From contig CAZTTH010000015.1 of NCBI GenBank assembly GCA_964615975.1, positions 4,265-68,264 of the forward strand: DNA of 64,000 bases, in the 5' to 3' direction. The notes beneath the pieces were generated by a model. It saw only the letters and a list, made by a program, of their open reading frames with translations. It had not been told where the DNA came from and did no database searches. Shown here piece after piece: positions 21,389 to 31,091 of this stretch. Source of the stretch: an uncultured Lentisphaerales bacterium. GTDB lineage: Bacteria; Verrucomicrobiota; Lentisphaeria; JABSQK01; JAJFLO01. Within the stretch, counting starts at the first letter, position 1, and each line of letters starts with the position of its first letter. The position numbers and the translations under genes were made by a program.

Positions 21389-22117
21389 ATGATCTGCGAT
21401 TATTCCATTATCATACCCGCTTATAACGAAGCGGAATTACTCCCCGCGACACTAAGCGGCCTGCGGAAAAGCATGGCGGCGGTCACTTCATTGACTGGTG
21501 AAATCATTGTCACTGACAACGCCTCGACCGATGGGACAGCCAATGCCGCAAGAGCGGCAGGCGCGATCGTCGTGGAGGAAACGCATCGGCAAATCGCCAA
21601 AGCGCGCAATACCGGCGCTCGACACAGCTCCGGACGCTATTTGATTTTTGTCGATGCGGATACCATCATTCCCGTGCCGCTATTGAACAAAACCCTGGAA
21701 TTGTTGAGCACCGGAACTTGTTGTGGCGGCGGCGCTTGCCTGCAATTTGATCGCCCGTCCACCCTGGGAGTAAGCGGCATGCTGGCATCCTGGAACACCA
21801 TTTCACGCGTGCTGAAATGGATGGCGGGATGTTATGTCTTCTGTGTGCGTGATGGATTCATTGAATGCGGCGGGTTTGATGAGCAATATTATGCCGCCGA
21901 AGAAATTTTCCTCTCCCGAAAATTGCGGCAATGGGGACGAAAAAAGGGACAAAAATTGCGCATAATCAATGAATTCAAGCCGATTACCTCAGCGCGTAAA
22001 TTTACCTGGTACCGGTTCGCCAATTTGTTACAAACGATGGTGATGATGGCGGTTTTTCCGTGGCGTCTGCGTTCCCGTGAGAGCTGCGGGTTCTGGTATG
22101 TCCGGCCGCAGGACTGA
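21389..22117 (+). CDS. family 2 glycosyltransferase
   Basis: YSIIIPAYNEAELL...IIVTDNASTDGT...YLIFVDADT contains the DxD. Confidence 0.8.
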   Translation: MICDYSIIIPAYNEAELLPATLSGLRKSMAAVTSLTGEIIVTDNASTDGTANAARAAGAIVVEETHRQIAKARNTGARHSSGRYLIFVDADTIIPVPLLNKTLELLSTGTCCGGGACLQFDRPSTLGVSGMLASWNTISRVLKWMAGCYVFCVRDGFIECGGFDEQYYAAEEIFLSRKLRQWGRKKGQKLRIINEFKPITSARKFTWYRFANLLQTMVMMAVFPWRLRSRESCGFWYVRPQD

Positions 22118-22231
22118 AGCAGTGAACAAATCTGAAAAGTCCAGGCGTATGGCGGGTTTAAAAATGACCCTTTAGAGAAGATATTCTGTCGTCCATCAAC
22201 AGTCTTTCACAATCAGACACCGCAATTAAAC

Positions 22232-23203
22232 ATGTCGTCATTCTCATCGCATTATCTCACCTGCCTCGAGCATTTCAAGCAATACCTGCAAACCGAACGC
22301 AATGCTTCTGAGCATACCATCACCAATTATCAGCGTGATATCCTGCAATTCATGAACCTGGTCATCCTCAGGGATAATAGAAAAACCGCCATCGAACAGG
22401 AGTCGTTTACCCTGGCGGCAGCCCGCCAGTTTCTTGTCGAACTGCATCAGATGAAATTAGCCCGCCCCTCAATCCTGCGGAAGATATCCAGCCTGCGATC
22501 ATTTTGTCGTTATCTGGTGCGGGAGGAAATCATCAGCGACAATCCCTTCAAGGGATTGAATACACCCAAACGCTCGCGACCATTGCCGCAGGTCTTTTCA
22601 GTCGCGGAAGTGGACCGCCTGCTGCAGGCGCCAATCACCTACTGGCGCAAAGCGGCGATTATTGCTGGAAAAACCAAAGGGGAGCCTGATTTCGCTGCCA
22701 AACGGGATAAAGCGATTCTGGAAATGATCTATAGCGGCGGCCTGCGGATCAGCGAAGTGCTGAAGCTGAAGTATGAGGATATCGATTTTTATGCCCATAG
22801 CTTGCTCGTCCGCGGCAAGGGGAAAAAAGAACGTATCGGGATTCTCGGCGGTCCGGCGACACAAGCGCTGAAAGAATATTTGGAGGAACGTGAAAGAGTG
22901 GGATTAGGCAGTAAGCGTGCCCGCGGATTGCTGTTTGTCGGACAGCGCGGCACCGCATTAACCCCGCGCTCCGTGCAACGCCACTTTAAATTTTATCTCA
23001 ATGAAGCCGGGTTGTCGTCGGAATTGAGCCCACATGCCTTGCGCCATTCGTTTGCCACGCATCTTCTGGATGCCGGTGCTGATCTCCGCAGTGTTCAGGA
23101 GATGTTGGGACATGCCAGCCTGTCGTCCACCCAAATCTATACCCACATCAGCATGGAAAGACTCCTGGCGCTTTACCAAAAAGCGCATCCCCGGGCGCGA
23201 TAA
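22232..23203 (+). CDS. tyrosine recombinase, XerC/XerD family
   Basis: The C-terminal catalytic block is HALRHSFATHLLDAGADLRSVQEMLGHASLSSTQIYTH, containing R..H..R..Y. I could not assign it to XerC versus XerD. Confidence 0.85.
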   Translation: MSSFSSHYLTCLEHFKQYLQTERNASEHTITNYQRDILQFMNLVILRDNRKTAIEQESFTLAAARQFLVELHQMKLARPSILRKISSLRSFCRYLVREEIISDNPFKGLNTPKRSRPLPQVFSVAEVDRLLQAPITYWRKAAIIAGKTKGEPDFAAKRDKAILEMIYSGGLRISEVLKLKYEDIDFYAHSLLVRGKGKKERIGILGGPATQALKEYLEERERVGLGSKRARGLLFVGQRGTALTPRSVQRHFKFYLNEAGLSSELSPHALRHSFATHLLDAGADLRSVQEMLGHASLSSTQIYTHISMERLLALYQKAHPRAR

Positions 23204-23205
23204 TC

Positions 23206-24906
23206 CTATGGCAGCAATTGTAATTGTATCTGATCGATTCCAATGGCATCGCGGCATGAGAGCATCAGGGGTTGTGGCCCCGGTGATAACGTCCACTCGA
23301 ATGGCGCATCCACCCATTGCCATTGATTGTCGGTCGCGATCTGCCAATCCCTCCATTTCCGTTCTCCCATACGGGTGGTGATTATCCCGCCCGATGATCC
23401 TTGACGACAATGGAGACGCAACCGATACCGGCCTGCTTTCGCGATGTCGTATTCACAGAGAATCGTGCCATTCACAATCCATTTTATCCTGAAGTCATTT
23501 TTATCCGTTTCTATTGTTGCCGGTTGATAGCCATAATTTTGCAGTGTCATCGCACTGAGATTGATTACCATGGCGTCTTCGGCTTCAACGATTTGGCCGG
23601 GGGCATAGCGGTTCTGGCTTAAAGTCGACAGGCGTTTAATCCCCTCTTCCCGATAGCGTATGTCCGTGTTAACTTCACGGGTAATCGCCGCAACATCCTG
23701 CAAGCCATTGAGGTTAAAATAATGGAGGAGGTACTTGGCCACAAATTCATTGGCCAACATGCTGTAAAACACATACTCTCCGCGGCGGATATTTTCATTC
23801 AGGTTTTCCGTCATTTCAGGGAAAAAATGCCGCCGTGACTCCAGCACTGGTTCCCAGAGATCGAACCCATGTTGTAAATCGATATGGCGATAATGGTTAT
23901 CCTGACAATAATCGATCAGCGGCTGATAAATCCGTGGACGATCACCCCGGGCACGATCCCAATCAATTTTTCGCGGAAAAAACATCACCACCGGCAGCGC
24001 CTGATTTTTCAAGGCTAGTCGCTGAAATTCGTCCATGATCCGAATCGTCAGGTGATAGACATCGGAATCCGTCGATAACTGACCGTGGCGATAAATCGGC
24101 GGGGCCAGATAACGCCCTGGCAGGGTCAGGGCCAGTTGCCAAATCCCTATGGGCTTATGAAATTCTTCAAATGAGCGATGATAATGATAATCGTGCGCTC
24201 CGAGTGCAACATATTCAGAGCGTGGATTCTGGAGTAAATTCAGGTAGCTCGAAGGTGATGTAAAGGGATTCGGCATCAAGGTCAACATGCTTCCCTCATC
24301 CAAAGTATAGCGCGGTTTAGTCAATGGCATTCCGGTTCGATTATCGCAAAATGGCAGGAAAACACTCACCAGCCGATCAAGGTTGGCGGGTGTGATACCC
24401 AGTATCGCCACGTGATGCCCCCAGGCGCCAGCCTCCTGACGATACCGCAAAAAAGCCTGATCAGGTCCATAACCGTCGACCCCGAAATTCAGCACTTCAA
24501 AGCGGTGGTTGAGCATGCCGGTTATTTCCTGCCAGGTGCGGTTGTTCATGACAAAGCTGCCATGGGTCAAGCCATCACCGAAGGTCAGGATCCTGATGAT
24601 TCCCGGCGCCGGTGCGACCGGGTACTCACGAGCGGCGCGAATGCCGGCGCCATTGGACTGGAAAACCCGATTGTCGCCATTGGGTCTGACAGTCCAACCT
24701 AGTTCTGAGTTGAAGATGTAATAAGGATTTTTATCCTCCGCCCAATCACCCAGCCAGTCGGTATTCTGATCAAGAGTGACCTCGATTAACTTGCTCAGTG
24801 ATCGGCTGCGAGTATCCAAGCAATCCACAATCACCCATGAGATGGTCTCAATAAGAAGCACACCCAGGGCTATCCCGATGAGATAACGATATTTACTTTT
24901 CATCAT
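23206..24906 (-). CDS. membrane-anchored protein with an SGNH/GDSL-like hydrolase region and a C-terminal carbohydrate-binding-like beta-sandwich
   Basis: It has an N-terminal TM segment. ILTFGDGLTHGS...NFGVDGYGPDQ resembles SGNH blocks I/II. The last ~130 aa (GQIVEAEDAMV...GRYRLRLHCRQG...IDQIQL) resemble CBM6/35-type modules. The assignment is tentative. Confidence 0.5.
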   Translation of the reverse strand: MMKSKYRYLIGIALGVLLIETISWVIVDCLDTRSRSLSKLIEVTLDQNTDWLGDWAEDKNPYYIFNSELGWTVRPNGDNRVFQSNGAGIRAAREYPVAPAPGIIRILTFGDGLTHGSFVMNNRTWQEITGMLNHRFEVLNFGVDGYGPDQAFLRYRQEAGAWGHHVAILGITPANLDRLVSVFLPFCDNRTGMPLTKPRYTLDEGSMLTLMPNPFTSPSSYLNLLQNPRSEYVALGAHDYHYHRSFEEFHKPIGIWQLALTLPGRYLAPPIYRHGQLSTDSDVYHLTIRIMDEFQRLALKNQALPVVMFFPRKIDWDRARGDRPRIYQPLIDYCQDNHYRHIDLQHGFDLWEPVLESRRHFFPEMTENLNENIRRGEYVFYSMLANEFVAKYLLHYFNLNGLQDVAAITREVNTDIRYREEGIKRLSTLSQNRYAPGQIVEAEDAMVINLSAMTLQNYGYQPATIETDKNDFRIKWIVNGTILCEYDIAKAGRYRLRLHCRQGSSGGIITTRMGERKWRDWQIATDNQWQWVDAPFEWTLSPGPQPLMLSCRDAIGIDQIQLQLLP

Positions 24907-24941
24907 ACAGTTTTAATCCTCCAATGGTAAAGAGTGATACC

Positions 24942-25026
24942 GAACGCAATCAGATTTTAGAAAAATATTACACGATTGCCAGCCCGATCGAAAAGGCAGT
25001 GTGCGAAAATTCAACTGCTTGCAGTC
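24942..25026 (-). repeat. intergenic repeat, family B copy 3
   Basis: The reverse complement is GACTGCAAGCAGTTGAATTTTCGCACACTGCC...ATATTTTTCTAAAATCTGATTGCGTTC. It starts at the G of the TAG stop of the 1075-aa gene on the same strand. Confidence 0.45.
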
Positions 25027-28000
25027 TAAAATGAACTGCCAATTTTAGTAAAGTATTTTTGTACCAGTTTCTTGAATTCATCCGGAGGTTCCTGACCGGT
25101 GGCGCGGGTCATTTTCAGTTGCTCGGTCACTGTACTCTGGGTTAATTTGGTTTCCAACAACCGCGCGGCCTTGGTTAATGTAGTTAGAACCTGTTCATTG
25201 ACCTCCGCCTCCCCAGCCCTCCCGCTGAGGGCGGTGACTGTCATCTCCTGGGCGAGCTGATCCATTGCCGGTTCGTTGAGCAAATCAGTGATATCCTGCA
25301 AATCTTTTTGTATCGCGCTGTAGAGTTGTTGCATGGCTTCGGGCGCTGCCTGTTGCTCCTGGGCTTGTTGTACCTTCTGAATATCACGGAGAACCTGTTG
25401 GAGCATCTGGGTCATTTGTTCCGGAGACATGGACGTCGCGGTACGCATGGCATTTTGAACATGTTGTGCCATTTGCATCAGGGATTGTTCGGCTTGCGCC
25501 TGGTAATCAGAGGCTTTATTCCAGAGACTGTAGCGCGCTGCGTTTTCAGCCCGTTTCATGGTGCTGGAAGTATTGGCGCTTTCTGCTTTTGCCAGGGCGG
25601 CGCGCAATTCATCGGCGATCTGGGGTTTGCTGGCTTCGGAAGTGTTCGCGGTTTCACCAAGATTCTTGAGGAACTGTTCAAAGTCATCACGAATCTGTTG
25701 CTGTTGATCGGCAAGTTCGTTGCCTTCATAGGGGGGATTTTTTTCCTCCACCTGCGCCGTCGTTTTTTGCCGCAGTTCGTGCTGTCGTTCACGCAATGAA
25801 TCGAGGGCTTTATCCGCTTTCCAGAGCGCTTCATTGGCGAGGCGATTTTGTTGATCTTTAACCAGTTTCATGGCGCGTTGGAGGAACTGGTGTGCCAAGT
25901 CGCCATATTTACTGGCATTCGTCATCTGGCCTTGTTCAAGATGCGAAGAGACCTGGCTCATGTTGCGGGTTGCCTCACTCATTTGGGTCGCGGCGCTTTG
26001 GGTTTCTCCTTCCTGCATCATTTTTTCGCGGAGTTTCTCGCTATCCTGCCTTAGTTGATCTTGTTTGGCGCCCAGAAATTTCTGGGTTTCGCCGCTTTTA
26101 GATTCACCGGAGTTGCGGGCGATATCGTTATTCAGACGTTCCTGGCGATCAATCAATTTATCCATCGATGCGGCGATTTCGTTCATGCGATTTTTTTTCG
26201 CGGCATTCTCCTTTTGCTGATTTTCCTCCTTGACCGGATCCTTCCTGGGTTCGCTTTCTCCTTCTCCGCCGCTGCCCTTTCCCTTGGGCGTATTTTTTTC
26301 AAGTTCGATGGCCAGGGTAACGAGATGAGAAAGGGATTGGCGTTGATATGGGGATGACTCATCAGGCAAATCTCGTTGCAGCAGGGATTCCGCCTGTTGC
26401 ATATTCTCGATAGCGGCACGGAAAAATTTTTGCACATTTTTTTCGGAACCGGATGGCAGCACCGTTTTTTTCTCAATGGTGGCATCAATGACGGAATTTT
26501 GCAGCAGGGTGCCCACCAAATCGAAGGGTTCATCTGCAATCGGGGCTGAAGTGAAATCAGCGCCAAACAGTTCCTGATAACGATTGGCAGAAGTCATGGT
26601 CAGGTCACGTGCCATTTGTTTTAAGTCGGTCAAATGCTCTTTGCGAGAATCATGTTCTGCCATGAAATGAGTTGACCAGGTTGAACGAATAAGCCTCTTT
26701 TGCGCGACAATCAAATCATTGACTTGCAATGTTTTAACCTGTGCCTGACCCATTCCCCCAATTTCCGGAGCGTCTATCTTTGCCGGTCGCATCTCGATAA
26801 AACGAACCTCGGTGACCGCCTGATTGGCTGTCGGCTGGGCGGCATCGGTGGCGCTTCCATAATAGGCGATGATGTCCCCATCCTTTACCTGGCCGATGAC
26901 ATTGAGAACATGAGCGCCAAGATGTTCCTTGTTCAATTGCTCTCCGGTCGCATGAAATAATTCCAGAGCGTGCCAGACGCCGCCATTGATTGAATAATGC
27001 AGGTGCAGGGACTGCACTCCATAATCATCATTCACCTTGAATGAGAATGTAATTTCCCGATCGATTTGCCGGCGCGCATCTTCTTCCGGCGCGACAACCT
27101 GAATGATCGGGGCAAAATCGTCGATGCTTTCGATATGATAACTTTCCGGGGTGATAATCCGATGTTCGGATTTATCCATGAGTTCAATGACATAAGAAAA
27201 GCTCTGGTCAATGGTCAGATCAAGTTGATGATGAAGCGAATCATTTTTTGATGTAAAAACCAGAGCAGGCTGATGGTCGATTAATACACTTGTAGTCACG
27301 GGTAAATTGGTAGAAAGTTCGAGGCGAACCTGTGAGTGTTGGGGCACGGTTATGCTTTTCAATTCGGTGAGATGTTGCCGGGGCAGGTTGGTATACTCAG
27401 GTGGAGTGATCGTGATAATACAGTCCGTGAGTCGTGCTTTTTCATAGGTTTTGACTTGATAGGTGGGACTGCGAAGTCTGGGGGTCTGGACATAATAACG
27501 AAAATCATCATCAACACCGGCAAAAGCAAATGAATGTTTGCCGGACTCACTGGTATACATTGCATAGGTAAATTGACCATTTTTGGCGAGCATGACGATC
27601 TGCGCGTGCTGTTCTCCCCGCTGAATGAGCGCCTCGACAATAAGATCATCGCCATGAGCGACCTCAGTATTTCCCGGGGTAACAATAATCCCTGGAGTTG
27701 CCGCCAGAAACCGAGATTGAGCATGATCGGAAGCCTTGTGAATGAATGAAAACATGCCAACCACGGCGGCCAAAAAAGTGACTGCCAAAAGGGTCGCCAT
27801 CAACCTTTTGCAGCTGATGGCATACGCGCTGATTGCCGCTCTCAGATTGCGCCGCTCAAGATCACCTTCAACGGTGGACAGCAAGGCTTGTGAAAGTTCG
27901 GTTCTCTTTGCGGGGTGGCGCTCTGCCACTTCCACCGCACATATAAGAGAATCCATCAAATCGGGGAGGGATTTTTCCAATAACATGGCAACATCCTTAT

Positions 28001-28253
28001 CTTGTGGCAGCCGCGACAAGCGGCGCACAATCACTACAAACGCGAGCGCCATGGCCAGCACAACCGCGCCAGCAGTCAGGTAGAATGCCGTTCCTTCTCG
28101 CGCCGGAAAAAAATAATCGGCCACGGAAAGAATAAACACCGGCGCGATAATGATCAGGAGCAGTTCGCTTCCCAGCCGGCACAGTTCACGGCGCCAGAGG
28201 AATCGCCTCTCTGTCGATAACCGATTAAGAAAAAGTGTCTGATTAATTTTCAT
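25026..28253 (-). CDS. large membrane-anchored protein with a long Q/E/K-rich coiled-coil C-terminal half (DUF4175-like)
   Basis: Length 1075 aa. There are three hydrophobic segments in the first ~170 aa, a beta-rich middle, then ~450 aa of low-complexity helical sequence rich in Q/E/K/A. The start overlaps the prfB stop by 11 nt. The family name is recalled, not searched. Confidence 0.7.
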   Translation of the reverse strand: MKINQTLFLNRLSTERRFLWRRELCRLGSELLLIIIAPVFILSVADYFFPAREGTAFYLTAGAVVLAMALAFVVIVRRLSRLPQDKDVAMLLEKSLPDLMDSLICAVEVAERHPAKRTELSQALLSTVEGDLERRNLRAAISAYAISCKRLMATLLAVTFLAAVVGMFSFIHKASDHAQSRFLAATPGIIVTPGNTEVAHGDDLIVEALIQRGEQHAQIVMLAKNGQFTYAMYTSESGKHSFAFAGVDDDFRYYVQTPRLRSPTYQVKTYEKARLTDCIITITPPEYTNLPRQHLTELKSITVPQHSQVRLELSTNLPVTTSVLIDHQPALVFTSKNDSLHHQLDLTIDQSFSYVIELMDKSEHRIITPESYHIESIDDFAPIIQVVAPEEDARRQIDREITFSFKVNDDYGVQSLHLHYSINGGVWHALELFHATGEQLNKEHLGAHVLNVIGQVKDGDIIAYYGSATDAAQPTANQAVTEVRFIEMRPAKIDAPEIGGMGQAQVKTLQVNDLIVAQKRLIRSTWSTHFMAEHDSRKEHLTDLKQMARDLTMTSANRYQELFGADFTSAPIADEPFDLVGTLLQNSVIDATIEKKTVLPSGSEKNVQKFFRAAIENMQQAESLLQRDLPDESSPYQRQSLSHLVTLAIELEKNTPKGKGSGGEGESEPRKDPVKEENQQKENAAKKNRMNEIAASMDKLIDRQERLNNDIARNSGESKSGETQKFLGAKQDQLRQDSEKLREKMMQEGETQSAATQMSEATRNMSQVSSHLEQGQMTNASKYGDLAHQFLQRAMKLVKDQQNRLANEALWKADKALDSLRERQHELRQKTTAQVEEKNPPYEGNELADQQQQIRDDFEQFLKNLGETANTSEASKPQIADELRAALAKAESANTSSTMKRAENAARYSLWNKASDYQAQAEQSLMQMAQHVQNAMRTATSMSPEQMTQMLQQVLRDIQKVQQAQEQQAAPEAMQQLYSAIQKDLQDITDLLNEPAMDQLAQEMTVTALSGRAGEAEVNEQVLTTLTKAARLLETKLTQSTVTEQLKMTRATGQEPPDEFKKLVQKYFTKIGSSF

Positions 28254-29359
28254 CAGAAGATTTCGTCTTTAAAAAAGATTCAATGAAATTGTCGATTTTT
28301 CCGTCAAGGACTCCGGCCGAATCACTGGTTTCTTCGCCAGTGCGCAGATCTTTGACCATCTGATAGGGATGGAGCACATACGAACGGATCTGGCTGCCCC
28401 AGGCATTTTCCTCCTTCGGACCCGTGGCATTCAATTTTTCCTCCTCCGCAGAGGCGAGTTGCCGCTCATACAGGCGTGAACGTAAGACACGCATTGCGGT
28501 CGCCCGGTTCTGATGTTGTGAGCGTTGATTCTGACAGGCGACAACAATGCCGGTCGGAATATGGGTGATCCGCACGGCGCTGTCGGTGGTATTGACATGC
28601 TGGCCGCCGGCGCCGCTGCTACGAAAGGTATCCATCTTGATGTCTTTTTCTTCAATCTCAATGTCGATGTCATCACTGATTTCAGGGGCTACCTCAAGGG
28701 CGGCAAAGGAGGTATGGCGCCTTTTGTTGCTGTCAAATGGGGAAATCCGCACCAGGCGATGGACGCCATTTTCGGAGCGTAAATATCCATAGGCAAAATC
28801 GCCGGTCACCATCAGAATGGCGTTTTTAATACCGGCCACTTCGCCCGGCTGCATGTCGATGATTTCTGTTTTGAAACCATTCCGTTCCGCCCAGCGAAAA
28901 TACATCCGAAACAACATCTGTGCCCAATCGCAGGATTCCGTGCCGCCCGAGCCGGGGTGAAAGGTGAGAATGGCATTGTTTTTATCGAATTTGCCCCCGA
29001 GAAAACTGACCAGTTCAAGCTTCGCTAGTTCCGCTTCGATTTCAGGCAGGGCTTTATCCGCATCGCCTAACAATTCTGAATCTTCGCCATCCTCCTGAAT
29101 TAATTCGACCAGCGCCAAAAAATCATTGAGATGTTGCTGCAATAAATTAAATGGATCCAGGATGGCGCGGCAGTGGCTGACCTTTCCCACTACTTCCTGC
29201 GCTTCCTCGCGATTATCCCAAAATCCCGGGGAACTCATTTTTTCCTGGAGTTCCCGCAAGCGATTTTGCACGGAGACGACATCAAAGATACACCTTTAAT
29301 TGTTCGAAGCGGTTCTTTAACTCCAGGGCATGTGTGCTTAAATCGTCCAAGGTAATCAT
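28243..29359 (-). CDS. prfB: peptide chain release factor 2 (requires programmed +1 frameshift at 29284)
   Basis: Frame 0 from ATG 29359 reads MITLDDLSTHALELKNRFEQLKVYL, then TGA. Frame +1 continues DVVSVQNRLRELQEKMSSPGFWDN...RISPFDSNKRRHTSF (SPF motif)...SGAGGQHVNTTDSAVRITH (GGQ). The total is 25+346 aa. Confidence 0.9.
29281..29297 (-). promoter_or_regulatory. prfB +1 frameshift (recoding) site
   Basis: The minus strand reads AAAGGTG TAT CTT TGA T. This is an SD-like AAGGTG placed 3 nt before the CTT-TGA slippery/stop pair, the same layout as the E. coli site AGGGGG TAT CTT TGA C. Confidence 0.85.
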
Positions 29360-29664
29360 ATTTGTTCTTATGCGATGCGGGTTATAGTTATTGCGTGCTT
29401 GGTGAGCCGTTGGATCTGATGGTTAAAAAATATCATGCCGACGGTTTATTTCTTGTAAGCGCAAGCAGAAGTGAAATATTAAGAGTGGCGCCGAAAAGTC
29501 AAATCAATTGACAAGTCTATTTTATTTTACCGCGTGAATCCGACCCCGGCCGGGTGTCACTCCCAACGCTGGGAGCGATGCTTTTTAATCGCTGATTAAG
29601 GGGTTATTTCCGACTCGATTGAACTCTTGAAAAGAAATCATACATTGATATAAACTGGTTATCC

Positions 29665-30738
29665 ATGCCCGCTCCCTCCCCCAATCAAACACTGGCAATC
29701 AGCATACAGGCAGTGAATCACGCTGTGAATGGAGTTGTCATTCAATTGTTTACCCCATTCTCTCTGGAGCGATGGTTTAAATTGGGATTTTGCAATTGGT
29801 TGGCGATCATTCATAAGATAGCACTTCACATCATGCCGGTGGTTTATTTTTTTACGATGATGCTCTTGGGCTCCGTGGTCAAGGCCAAACATCCCTATCA
29901 ATTCAATACACCATTGAATCCTAACACGGTTATCGAATCACTAAGTTCCTGGTTGATGGGTAACTTATTGCTGTTTGGGGTTATTTTTGCTGTCGGAATC
30001 ATTGCCGTGATAAGTCTTCATTGGTTGAGCGCGGTCGGGGAATTTTTATTTTTGGACTGTCTGGTTAATCCCCGCCAGCCGATATTCACTCATTGGCGCG
30101 CCTTTCAACGGCGGGGATTTTCATTGTTTTTATGGAAGATACTTTTATATCTCTGTTTGGCAGTTTTGGGGGTCTCCATGTTTATCTTCGGTTGTGGTAT
30201 AATTTTCAGTGCCGCGGCTACTGGCAATATCATGACCCTTCCATTTCTCATTGCGGCTGGAGTGATGGGGTTGGGGCTGGCATTTATCCTGTTCTGTTCC
30301 TGGAGTCACATGCTGCTCATGGACATCATGGTGCCGTTGATGTTTAAATTCAATATAACCGGAATGATCGCGTTTGATTACCTGCTTAAAATGCTCAAGG
30401 TTTACTGGGGAAAATTTCTCGCTTTTTGGGTGGTTAAAAGTCTGCTTAAGATCATGATCAAAATGATACTGATGGCGGCGCTGGCCATCACCTTGTTTTT
30501 GCCCTTGCTTCCCAATTTTATTCCGGGCCTGAATATCGGTTGGCATTATCTCCTCACCGTGATCCTGTTGCCGATTACCGTTTTATTGCGTTTGTTGGGG
30601 CCTGCCCTGCTCACCCAATTAAACCCGGCGTATGACATCTTCTCCCCTTTGACTGATTCCGAAACGCCACTCGAACCGCAGTCCCAATCGACATCAGAAG
30701 CTCCCCAGTCACAGTTTTATGTCCCCGGACACCAGTGA
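29665..30738 (+). CDS. hypothetical polytopic membrane protein
   Basis: Length 357 aa, with about 8 hydrophobic segments and a Ser/Pro/Gln-rich C-terminal tail. I did not recognise a family. Confidence 0.65.
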   Translation: MPAPSPNQTLAISIQAVNHAVNGVVIQLFTPFSLERWFKLGFCNWLAIIHKIALHIMPVVYFFTMMLLGSVVKAKHPYQFNTPLNPNTVIESLSSWLMGNLLLFGVIFAVGIIAVISLHWLSAVGEFLFLDCLVNPRQPIFTHWRAFQRRGFSLFLWKILLYLCLAVLGVSMFIFGCGIIFSAAATGNIMTLPFLIAAGVMGLGLAFILFCSWSHMLLMDIMVPLMFKFNITGMIAFDYLLKMLKVYWGKFLAFWVVKSLLKIMIKMILMAALAITLFLPLLPNFIPGLNIGWHYLLTVILLPITVLLRLLGPALLTQLNPAYDIFSPLTDSETPLEPQSQSTSEAPQSQFYVPGHQ

Positions 30739-31091
30739 GGAAGCAGTTTATTCGCTGCGGATTTAGACCGTTGTCCATCCCCTGATTACGCAACCAGATC
30801 AAGAAATTAAAAGAGAATTCTCTTGACTGGGAAGATCAAAAGATATAGTGGTACAATAGATGTAAATAACTTTTGATCATGGGGGGGATGGGCAGCCGGA
30901 TCAGCGTTTTTTTTCGCGGCGCGTTTCAGGGCTTCTTTATCCCCCCAAAACAGGGGGTCACGCCGGGCGCATGTGAGATAAATTCATGGCAGTGTTCGGG
31001 ATAAATTAATTAGCAATGAATTTAGCACCGTTTACGACTACTAACTCCATCGCAAAACCATAAAAAACATCCACCACTCAGGGAAAATAAC

